From assembly GCA_036565925.1 (NCBI GenBank), contig DATCXH010001115.1, positions 1 through 35,968 on the forward strand: DNA of 35,968 nt, in the 5' to 3' direction. This document shows, one piece after another, positions 1 to 7,643 of the stretch (its first letter is position 1; every line of letters begins with the position of its first letter). A program made the position numbers and the translations under genes. The notes under the pieces are model-generated. The model saw nothing but the letters and a program-made list of their open reading frames with translations, was not told the DNA's origin and did not search any database. Source of the DNA: Vicinamibacterales bacterium. GTDB lineage: Bacteria; Acidobacteriota; Vicinamibacteria; Vicinamibacterales; UBA2999.

Positions 1-627
1 CGGCAGCTGCTCCGCGAGCTCACGACCGACGTTCACAGCCGATCGATGCTCCATCCATCGACGATGTACGGATTGTTCAATCCGTTCTGGTGGGGGCACG
101 TGGATGAGGAGTGGGTGCACCGTTTCGCGAAGTACGAGCGAGTGAACGCCCCTTCCGATGGAGCGGCCGGCTTCAGGTGGCCAGAGCCCGGCACGCCGTA
201 CACGGCCGTGAAGTTCTACTTCAACGACTGCTTTCCGGATACGCCCGAGAACCGCGCCTTCGTGCGTCGCACAGTGCAGGCGCTCAGTGAGCGAGGTCCG
301 CTCGTGTCGCTGGCGACGAATCTGCGGCTCGACGATCACGCCAGCCATGATGCGGAATCGATCGAGGTTCGCACGCTGCCACACGACATGCACCCGCGCG
401 ACAACCTGGCGTTGCAGACGGCCATCGTCGCCGGCGCGTCGGCGTTCGTTGGTACATATGGCGGTTTCTCGTATCTCGCGCCTTTCTTGAACGTGAGATC
501 GACCGCGTACTTTTCCGACGCCAGCGGTTACTCGGCGCGGCACCTGCTGATGGCGCGTTCTGCGCTCGAGTCGATCGGTACAGGGGGGTTGCTCGAGGTG
601 CGGCCGTCTGGAGTAAGCGGAGTATGA
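1..627 (+). CDS. 5'-truncated CDS for a GT9-like (heptosyltransferase-fold) putative glycosyltransferase; paralog of 6468..7643
   Basis: Frame 1 is open from base 1, so the ATG at 46 is probably internal. The product aligns by eye with the C-terminal half of the 6468..7643 product (LHPSTMYGLFNPFWWGH vs CHPSLMFRLFRNVWHGN; AIVAGASAFVGTYGGFSYLAPFLNV vs ALIARARFFLSACGGLAWQAPFMGV). The last motif resembles the GT9 C-terminal 'li..a.l.ig.DSG..HlAaalg.P' region. Confidence 0.6.
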   Translation, partial: RQLLRELTTDVHSRSMLHPSTMYGLFNPFWWGHVDEEWVHRFAKYERVNAPSDGAAGFRWPEPGTPYTAVKFYFNDCFPDTPENRAFVRRTVQALSERGPLVSLATNLRLDDHASHDAESIEVRTLPHDMHPRDNLALQTAIVAGASAFVGTYGGFSYLAPFLNVRSTAYFSDASGYSARHLLMARSALESIGTGGLLEVRPSGVSGV

Positions 628-698
628 CAGAGACAACGGTATCTCCCTGTTAACCCGTTACCCCCGCAATCTCCGTTTCCTCGGACAAGGCAGACAGC

Positions 699-1829
699 AT
701 GAGTATTCGACAGATCCTCGTGACCGGCGGCGCCGGTTACATCGGATCCCATCTCGTTGACGCGTTGGTTGCGCGCGAGTACCGCGTCAAGGTACTCGAC
801 AACCTGGAACCGCAAGTTCATCGCTCCGGTCAATGGCCGTCGTATGCCAACCCGAAGGCGACGTATATTCGCGGCGACGTTCGCGATCGAGCGGTGTTCG
901 AGCCGCTGGTGCTCGAGTCCGATGCGGTCGTGCACTTCGGTGCCGCGGTGAGCGTCGGCCAGAGCATGTATCAGGTCGATCGCTACGTGGACGTCAATAC
1001 GCGTGGCACGGCGCTGCTGCTCGACATCCTGGTCAACAACAAGCACCACGTCGAGAAAGTGCTCGTCGCCTCGTCGATTGGCGTGTACGGGGAAGGCGCC
1101 TATCGCTGCGCGACGCACGGAGCGGTCGCGCCGACGATTCGCTCCGAGGAGCAGCTTGCCGCCCGCGACTGGGAACAGCGATGCCCGACGTGCGGCAACC
1201 ACGTCGTCTCCATTCCGACGCCGGAGGACAAACCGCTCTATCGCGACAACATCTATTCGATGACCAAGCTGCACCAGGAAGAGATGGTGTTGTTGATCGG
1301 GAAGACGTACGGCATCCCTTCGGTCGCGCCGCGGTTCTTCAACGTCTACGGTCCGCGACAGAGTCTGAGCAATCCATACGCCGGCGTCGCCGCGATCTGG
1401 TTGAGCCGTTTGCTCAACGATCGCCAGCCGGTCGTCTTCGAGGACGGCGGTCAGCTTCGCGACTTCGTCTCGATCCACGACGTCGTCGCCTGCCTGGTGT
1501 TGATGATCGAGACGGCGGGCGCCGACTTCCTGCCAGTCAATGTCGGTTCAGGCGAGACGGTGACGATTCTCGAGATCGCGAAGACGTTGAATCGCATTCT
1601 CGGCAAGTCGATCGAGCCCGAGGTGACGCAGGCAGGACGCAAGTTCGACATTCGTCACAATACGGCCGACATCACGCGTGCGAAGACGACGCTTGGATTT
1701 GCGCCGCGGGTCACGCTCGATCAGGGATTCGGGGAGCTGGTTGAATGGGCAAAGACGACACCCGACGTTGCGACAGACTTCTTCGATCGCGCCTATGACG
1801 AACTGAAGCAGAAGGGACTGCTCGTCTAG
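699..1829 (+). CDS. NAD-dependent epimerase/dehydratase (extended SDR) with a Cys-containing insertion
   Basis: N-terminal Rossmann motif VTGGAGYIGSH and catalytic YSMTK (YxxxK). Length of 376 aa is typical of nucleotide-sugar epimerases/dehydratases. ATG start at 699. Confidence 0.9.
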   Translation: MSIRQILVTGGAGYIGSHLVDALVAREYRVKVLDNLEPQVHRSGQWPSYANPKATYIRGDVRDRAVFEPLVLESDAVVHFGAAVSVGQSMYQVDRYVDVNTRGTALLLDILVNNKHHVEKVLVASSIGVYGEGAYRCATHGAVAPTIRSEEQLAARDWEQRCPTCGNHVVSIPTPEDKPLYRDNIYSMTKLHQEEMVLLIGKTYGIPSVAPRFFNVYGPRQSLSNPYAGVAAIWLSRLLNDRQPVVFEDGGQLRDFVSIHDVVACLVLMIETAGADFLPVNVGSGETVTILEIAKTLNRILGKSIEPEVTQAGRKFDIRHNTADITRAKTTLGFAPRVTLDQGFGELVEWAKTTPDVATDFFDRAYDELKQKGLLV

Positions 1830-1831
1830 CC

Positions 1832-2938
1832 GTGATCCTGACATTCGAACAACTGAAAGAGTACCGCGGTACCGTCGCCATGGTGGACGGTGCCTTCGAT
1901 CCGATGCACCGCGGGCACATCGAGTACTTCAAGGCCGCTTGTTCGTTGGGGCTGCCGCTGCTCTGCAATGTGGCATCGGATCGCTACGTCCGCACCAAGC
2001 ACCGGCCGCTGCTTCCCGAGGATCAGCGCGCGGCGATCGTCGACGCGATCCGGTTTATCGCCTACACGCATGTCAATCAGTTCGACACCGAGACCATCCT
2101 TCGCGAGCTGCAACCCCGCTACTACGTGAAGGGCAGTGACTGGCGGGGGCGTCTTCCGGCCGATCAGGTCACGATTTGCGCGAATCATGGCATCGAGGTC
2201 GTCTACCTGGACACCGTGCTCGATTCGTCGAGCCGCATCCTTCAGCAGTTCACGCAGGAGCCCGTGATACGACTCATGAACATCAGCGAATTCGAAGCCG
2301 CCGTCCTGGCGCAGAAGCCGACCGACCAACAGCACTACGACGAGAACTACTGGCTGGGCGAATGGCGCGCCGGTGATAACAACTATTCGCTGGAGACGCG
2401 GCGCCGTATCGAGGCGAAGAACCCGCAGCTGATCAAGGACGTCTTCCAGCCAACGCGGGTGATCGATCTGGGTTGCGGCCCCGGCGCCTTGATGCATCTT
2501 CTCCACGAGATTGGGGTCGAAGCCGACGGCATCGACTACAACGAGATGAGCCTCAAGCTGGCGACGCCGGAGGTCAGGGATCGCATCGCGATCGGGGATG
2601 CCAAGGACACGTCAATCAAGAAGGACGGTTCGTACGACCTCGTCATCTGCCGCGAGGTGCTGGAACATCTGACGGTGCTCGAGGTGAAGAGGGCGGTCGC
2701 CAACATGGTTCGCCTTACCTCGAAGTTCATCTATGTCACGACGCGGTTCCACCCGAACCCGCCGACGCTGCTCGACTTCAACACCAGCGACGACCTGGAT
2801 CCCTCGCACATCACGCTCCTCAACAAGGACATGCTCCGCTTGATGTTTGTGCTCGAGGGCTGCCGCTCGCGGCCGGATCTCGAGGAAAAGATGGACTGGG
2901 GACGCAAAGGCCGTGTCCTGGTTCTCGAGAAGATCTGA
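1832..2938 (+). CDS. Fusion protein: cytidylyl/adenylyl-transferase-like domain (RfaE domain II / TagD-like) plus class I SAM-dependent methyltransferase
   Basis: The N-terminus has GAFDPMHRGHIEYF (HxGH nucleotidyltransferase signature) followed by KGSDW and SSSRIL, resembling RfaE-II. The C-terminal half has VIDLGCGPGALM (SAM motif I) and DLVICREVLEHL. GTG start lies 3 nt after the upstream stop. Confidence 0.85.
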   Translation: MILTFEQLKEYRGTVAMVDGAFDPMHRGHIEYFKAACSLGLPLLCNVASDRYVRTKHRPLLPEDQRAAIVDAIRFIAYTHVNQFDTETILRELQPRYYVKGSDWRGRLPADQVTICANHGIEVVYLDTVLDSSSRILQQFTQEPVIRLMNISEFEAAVLAQKPTDQQHYDENYWLGEWRAGDNNYSLETRRRIEAKNPQLIKDVFQPTRVIDLGCGPGALMHLLHEIGVEADGIDYNEMSLKLATPEVRDRIAIGDAKDTSIKKDGSYDLVICREVLEHLTVLEVKRAVANMVRLTSKFIYVTTRFHPNPPTLLDFNTSDDLDPSHITLLNKDMLRLMFVLEGCRSRPDLEEKMDWGRKGRVLVLEKI

Positions 2939-2942
2939 CGGT

Positions 2943-4526
2943 ATGCGGGTGCCGCCGGCGGTGGTCGGCGCGGCGGTGATCGCCGGAGTGGCAACCGCCC
3001 TCGTCCGCTTTCTCGGGCTGGAAGGCTTCTCGAACGATCACTTTCAGTACCTCGCCGCTGCGCAGCAGATGCGGCTCGGTGAGTGGCCCACACGCGATTT
3101 CGCCGATCCCGGGATGCCGCTGATGTATGCGGCCTCGGCGGCTGCGCAAATCGTCTTCGGCCATTCGCTCTTTGCCGAAGCGATGCTGATGGCCATCGTC
3201 TACGGAGTGACGTCGACGCTGGTCGTGATCGCGGCGTGGCGGGCATCGCGATCGTGGGTTGTTGCCGTGCTGGCGTGTGTGCTGTGCGTCATGGCGTTTC
3301 CGCTGCCGGCCAGTTATCCGCGCGCGTTGTTGTACGCCCTTGGTCCGCTGGCGATCTGGGCGTGGGTTCGTCAGCCAACCGGCCCTCGTCTCTTTCTCAT
3401 TTCCCTTGTTGTCTGCGTCGCGTATCTGTTTCGGCAGGAGCATGGTCTCAATCTTGGGCTGGCCGCGATCGTCACCGTGGCTCTTGCACCTGGCGACGCA
3501 CGGGTCATGAAGACGCGTCTGATGACGCTCGGTGTGCTCATCCTGCTGGTGAGCCTGCCGTACGCCGTGTATATCCAGCGCAGCCAGGGAATCTTGAGCG
3601 CTTCAGTGAGCTCATGGGAGTTCAGCCGGCGTGAGGCCGACCGCACGGCGCTCCACCTCGCCGCGTATGGCTCGGGCGATGCCGTACGGCTCTACTACTT
3701 GTTTCATGCGCTGCCACTGATTGCCGCCGCCGTCGTTGCGTTGAATGTCCGACGCGGACGGACCGAGGACGCGTTGATGGGCGCGCCACTCGTGGTGTTA
3801 GCGTTTCTCGCCAACATGAACTTCCTTCGCGATCCGCTGCCGGTGCGTCTGCCGGACGCGATCGTGCCGGCGGTGCTCGTCGCAGCGTGGCTGGCGGGAC
3901 GCGCATTGCGCGTGCCCTCGTTGCCGCTGCGATCGGTCGCGCTCACTGGGGCCGCGGTGCTCATGTTCATCGGGGCCTCGTCAGTCGCGGTGGTCGGCCG
4001 CACGCAGGAGAATCTTGCCCGCACGAATCTGAGTGTCGGACTGTCATCGCTCCCGCAGCTCGTACGCGATCGGACCGCCCAGCTGAAATCCCGGTACGAT
4101 CGGCAGCAGCTACCCGACGGTCGGATCCTGTCCCTCGTCGGCCTGTTCGACTACCTCGATCGCTGTACAACCCCGAGTCACCGATTGCTGGTTGCCGGCA
4201 ACGCGCCGGAAATCTACGTGTACGCACAGCGTCCGTTCGCGGCAGGCCATAGCACTTTTCTCGAGGGCTACTACCAATCCGAATCGGAACAGCAGCAGAT
4301 GCTCGATCGCGTGCGACAGCAGGTGGTCGCCTTCGCACTGATGCTGAGCGATCAGGAGTCGTCGTTCCGTTCAACGGCGCCGGGCGTGAGTGCGTTTGTC
4401 GCTGCCAACTTCCAGCCGCTGACCGAGATACCCACGAGCAGCGATCGAACGGTTCGCGTCCTGGTCCGCAGTGGATTGCCTCCGCTTCACGCGGATACGA
4501 CGACAGGGTGGCCATGCTATCGGTAA
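2943..4526 (+). CDS. Polytopic membrane protein, GT-C-like architecture (paralog 1 of 4)
   Basis: I take the ATG at 2943 (MRVPPAVVGAAVIAG...), just after the upstream stop, as the start rather than the track start at 2847. It has TM1, then NDHF (3033..3044) and GEWPTRDF, then about 10 more hydrophobic segments. The soluble C-terminal domain carries RLLVAGNAPEIYVYAQRPFAAGH..F..GYY. These motifs are shared with 7640..9544, 13544..15214 and 15216..16847. Confidence 0.8.
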   Translation: MRVPPAVVGAAVIAGVATALVRFLGLEGFSNDHFQYLAAAQQMRLGEWPTRDFADPGMPLMYAASAAAQIVFGHSLFAEAMLMAIVYGVTSTLVVIAAWRASRSWVVAVLACVLCVMAFPLPASYPRALLYALGPLAIWAWVRQPTGPRLFLISLVVCVAYLFRQEHGLNLGLAAIVTVALAPGDARVMKTRLMTLGVLILLVSLPYAVYIQRSQGILSASVSSWEFSRREADRTALHLAAYGSGDAVRLYYLFHALPLIAAAVVALNVRRGRTEDALMGAPLVVLAFLANMNFLRDPLPVRLPDAIVPAVLVAAWLAGRALRVPSLPLRSVALTGAAVLMFIGASSVAVVGRTQENLARTNLSVGLSSLPQLVRDRTAQLKSRYDRQQLPDGRILSLVGLFDYLDRCTTPSHRLLVAGNAPEIYVYAQRPFAAGHSTFLEGYYQSESEQQQMLDRVRQQVVAFALMLSDQESSFRSTAPGVSAFVAANFQPLTEIPTSSDRTVRVLVRSGLPPLHADTTTGWPCYR

Positions 4527-4546
4527 CCGCAGAGCGGCGTCGGGAC

Positions 4547-5983
4547 ATGACGACTGAATCCGCTCTCGATCGTTCCACACGGTGGACCTGGCTGTCCTAC
4601 GCGTACGCGGCACTCGTGGTCACCGGTCTCAGCTATCTGCTGTTCGACATTCCGATTCAAGTGTCGGACAGCTATGGCAATTTGGTTCAGGCATCGGGCC
4701 GCACGCTCGGCCAACTCGTCTACGACCAGTTCCACGCGACTGGATTTCTGCGGCCATTCCTGTGGGGCCACATCCGGGTGGTGTACGACCTCTCAGGCGG
4801 GAACTACCACGCATGGTTTCGCGGCTGGCACGTGGGTCAGGTCGTAGTGCTCACGATTCTGTTCATGCGGCTCGTGAAACCGCGGACGGCTGCGGGCGCG
4901 GCGGCGGTGACGATTGGTCTTGCTGCGTTGATCGGGCTACACACCTTTGCCGGCACGATTCTCGAGGCGTTTCCCATCAACGCCTACATGACGATTCTGA
5001 TTTGCTGCTATCTCGCTGCGGACCTCGCACTTGGCGCTCCGCGCTGGTGGCGTGATGTTGCGGCCGCGGTGCTGTTCATCTTTGCGGCGCTCAGCGTCGA
5101 GAGCGGGCTGCTGATCGCAGTCGTGCTGGTCGCCGCCTTCCTGTTCGGCGCGCGGGGTGTCTCGCGATGGGCGATAGCGGCCATCGTGTTGCTCGTCGTC
5201 GGATATCTTGGGCTGCGTTTTGCCGTGCTCGACGTCGGCACGCCGGGTCTGACCGAGCGCAGCTCCGGGTTCGGATTCGCGATACTCGATCCGAAGGATC
5301 TCGAGAGCCGGTTCGGCGCACACCCCAGCGTGTTCTATCTCTACAACATCGGTACAGCGCTGCTGTCGGTGCTCTTCTCGGAACCGCGTGCCGGTGTGTG
5401 GACTGCGACTCGTAACTTTCTCTACGGCGACGAGCTGTCAATCGCACTGCTTGCCAATCTGATCGCCTCAGCGATGGGTACGCTCGTCCTCGTCTGGTAC
5501 GCGTGGCATCGTCGCACGGACTGGGTCGCGCGGCGGTTTACCCGCGACGACCAACTGATGGCGATCTTCGTGGCGGTCGCGGTCGCCAACGCGGTGATTA
5601 GCTATGCATACACCAAGGACGTGATTCTCAGTCCCGCCGGGATCTTCTACGCCGCCGCGCTCGCGGCAGCCGTAAAAACGCTCATCGAGTCGACCTCGCT
5701 CTCCGCGCGTCGCATGCGCGTTGCCGCCCTGACGATGTTTCTGGTCGTGTTATCGGGGGCGTGGGCATTTCGCGCGGTGGCCATTCACATTGCGCTGCGC
5801 TCGGAGGCGACCAGCGTCCGCAACGAGTGGGTCTATATCGATGAGTGGATCCGTGAGCAGCGGCTGAACCCCGACGCCACGGGACTCGCGCTCAAGCAGC
5901 GGCTCCAGACCGATGCGATCGTGACGCATCCGGTACGGCCGGAGGTGATCGGTGACTGGCTTGAATGGTTCCGTGAGCCCTGA
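4547..5983 (+). CDS. Polytopic integral membrane protein of unknown function (candidate polymerase, flippase or GT-C-type enzyme)
   Basis: Long ORF with many hydrophobic segments (LSYAYAALVVTGLSYLLF, VVVLTILFMRLV, LLIAVVLVAAFLF, and others). Start is ATG 4547, or GTG 4508 / ATG 4514 overlapping the upstream stop. No soluble catalytic motif recognised. Confidence 0.72.
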   Translation: MTTESALDRSTRWTWLSYAYAALVVTGLSYLLFDIPIQVSDSYGNLVQASGRTLGQLVYDQFHATGFLRPFLWGHIRVVYDLSGGNYHAWFRGWHVGQVVVLTILFMRLVKPRTAAGAAAVTIGLAALIGLHTFAGTILEAFPINAYMTILICCYLAADLALGAPRWWRDVAAAVLFIFAALSVESGLLIAVVLVAAFLFGARGVSRWAIAAIVLLVVGYLGLRFAVLDVGTPGLTERSSGFGFAILDPKDLESRFGAHPSVFYLYNIGTALLSVLFSEPRAGVWTATRNFLYGDELSIALLANLIASAMGTLVLVWYAWHRRTDWVARRFTRDDQLMAIFVAVAVANAVISYAYTKDVILSPAGIFYAAALAAAVKTLIESTSLSARRMRVAALTMFLVVLSGAWAFRAVAIHIALRSEATSVRNEWVYIDEWIREQRLNPDATGLALKQRLQTDAIVTHPVRPEVIGDWLEWFREP

Positions 5984-6458
5984 GCGTCGCGTCGCGCTGC
6001 CCGTGCTCATCGCGGCCGCGGCACCGGCCTGTCTGGTCACCCTCGGCGTGATCGTCTTCATGGTGTTCGAGGTGTCGGGACGGACGCTGTCGTCGGAGGG
6101 GCCGGTCCGCAATATCGCGGAGGCGGCGGCGATCGGCAGCGATTCCACGGTCATGCGGTTACTGCAGGCTGGCGAGGACGCCAATCGAGTGGTCGAGGTT
6201 CGTCCCTACGCGATCTCCTCGTCCATTCGACGGGTGAGCGGTGCCGAGGCTGCGGTCTGGAGCCGGTCGATCGAACTGATCACCCTGCTCGATCGCTTCG
6301 GTGCGATCAGCGAGCCGGAGAACCGGCGCAGGCTGACCTGCCTGGCTGCCGACCTGCGCGTCGAGGACGTCCTCGAGTACCTCGCGCCGAAGGGCGCAGC
6401 GTGGTGTGTCCCGGGTCAGGTAGTCGCGGAAATCGAGGCTCGCTCGCGTGACAAGTAG
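5952..6458 (+). CDS. Small membrane-anchored protein with degenerate ankyrin-like repeats
   Basis: N-terminal TM segment (ALPVLIAAAAPACLVTLGVIVFMVF), then EAAAIGSDSTVMRLLQAGEDAN and two weaker repeats resembling the ANK consensus (AA..G....V..LL..GA..N). The GTG start overlaps the upstream gene; an alternative in-frame GTG lies at 5973. Confidence 0.5.
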   Translation: MTGLNGSVSPERRVALPVLIAAAAPACLVTLGVIVFMVFEVSGRTLSSEGPVRNIAEAAAIGSDSTVMRLLQAGEDANRVVEVRPYAISSSIRRVSGAEAAVWSRSIELITLLDRFGAISEPENRRRLTCLAADLRVEDVLEYLAPKGAAWCVPGQVVAEIEARSRDK

Positions 6459-6467
6459 CGTGGACGC

Positions 6468-7643
6468 GTGAGCGCATTCGACGCGCTGCGCAATGTTGGC
6501 TTCAAGGTCGACCGGCGGCTGCAGTCTGCGCCGAAGCCGCTGGTACGTGCGATGCGGCGTCATTCGCGCGCGCAGGAGCATCGCGCGTTCCGGCGCGAGG
6601 CGGAGGCGATCGATCGCGAGATTGCCACACTTGCCGCCACGACGCATCCGATCGTGGTCGGACCGTGGCTCGCCGAAGTCGGCTATGAAGTCCTCTACTG
6701 GATTCCATTCCTCCGCTGGTTTCAGGACGCCTTCGGCATCCCGCGCGATCGATTGATCGTCGTCTCTCGGGGCGGAATGGAGTCGATGTATCGCGATTTC
6801 GCCGCGGGCTACGCGGACATTTTCGACCTGACGACCCCGCAGCAACTCGCGGCACGTAACGCACAGCGCCGATCGGAAGGTGAGGGCGGCGGACAGAAGC
6901 AGTCGGCGACGAGCACACTGGACGAGGAGCTCATTGCGGCGGTGCGTTCGACGCGCGGCCTCGGCGAGGTCGCCGTCTGTCATCCCTCGTTGATGTTCCG
7001 GCTGTTCCGCAACGTGTGGCACGGCAACCTGCCGTTCGATCTGTTGTGGCGCCGGACGCGTCACGTAGCCGTCGGCCGCTCCAACCGGACGGGCGCTGCG
7101 GCACGTGCTCTGCCGCCGGGTATCCCCGACGACTTCATTGCCGCAAAGATTTACGCGGGACCTGCGCTGTCCACGCACGAGAAGACACGCGAGGCGGTGC
7201 GCGCCGTGGTGACTCAAGCAGCGTTGATCGCGCCAGTGGTACTCCTCGAAACCGATCTCGGGATCGACGAGCATCGCGACTTCGATCTCGACGGCATCCC
7301 CAACGTCATCAGTGCCCGTTCGCTGATGTCGCCGCGGACGAACCTCGATACGCAGCTCGCACTGATTGCGCGCGCGCGCTTTTTTCTCAGCGCATGCGGC
7401 GGGCTGGCCTGGCAGGCGCCGTTCATGGGCGTGCCCACGGTGGCGATCTACGACAGCGACAGTCTCTTGGCGCCACACCTGTTCGTCGCGCGGCACGCGG
7501 GGGCGCTGACCGGTGCCGCCGAGTTCACGTCAGTGGACCTGCGAGGCCTCTCGCGCGTCGGTCTCGCAGGGCCACTGACCCTGAGCGAGCGCTCGTCAGG
7601 CCGCCGGTTCGACGAGAGCGAGTCGAAGGGCATCACCAAATGA
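6468..7643 (+). CDS. GT9-like (heptosyltransferase-fold, GT-B) putative glycosyltransferase
   Basis: IVVGPWLAEVGYEVLYWIPFLRWF is an N-terminal beta-loop-helix like that of GT9. The C-terminal LALIARARFFLSACGGLAWQAPFMGVPTVAIYDSD resembles the GT9 donor-binding region. Paralog of the partial CDS 1..627. Preferred over the antisense ORF 6159..7496. Confidence 0.75.
   Translation: MSAFDALRNVGFKVDRRLQSAPKPLVRAMRRHSRAQEHRAFRREAEAIDREIATLAATTHPIVVGPWLAEVGYEVLYWIPFLRWFQDAFGIPRDRLIVVSRGGMESMYRDFAAGYADIFDLTTPQQLAARNAQRRSEGEGGGQKQSATSTLDEELIAAVRSTRGLGEVAVCHPSLMFRLFRNVWHGNLPFDLLWRRTRHVAVGRSNRTGAAARALPPGIPDDFIAAKIYAGPALSTHEKTREAVRAVVTQAALIAPVVLLETDLGIDEHRDFDLDGIPNVISARSLMSPRTNLDTQLALIARARFFLSACGGLAWQAPFMGVPTVAIYDSDSLLAPHLFVARHAGALTGAAEFTSVDLRGLSRVGLAGPLTLSERSSGRRFDESESKGITK

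Noticed and set aside
528-1478. Long antisense ORFs in the track: 528..1478 (-), 1826..2506 (-), 6159..7496 (-), 12793..13746 (-), 16855..17868 (-), 18761..19729 (-), 21312..22160 (-), 25957..26835 (-), 27273..28688 (-), 35146..35811 (-), and many +/- alternate-frame ORFs.
   Set aside because: Each lies opposite or out of frame to a + strand gene with clear family motifs (SDR, GT9-like, GT2, NeuB, ALDH, HAD, RfbD and others). Their translations are Arg/Ala/Pro-rich low-complexity sequence, typical of shadow ORFs in high-GC DNA.
7016-7639. N-terminal extensions of track ORFs: 2847->2943, 7016->7640, 13412->13544, 15081->15216, 20230->20278, 20568->21471, 25768->26017, 26547->26697, 30222->30351, 31936->32107.
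   Set aside because: The extensions overlap the preceding gene in another frame and translate to Arg-rich junk. Plausible internal starts sit at or next to the upstream stop codon, often as ATGA overlaps, and they restore canonical N-termini such as DIDGT for the HAD protein and a TM1 helix for the membrane proteins.
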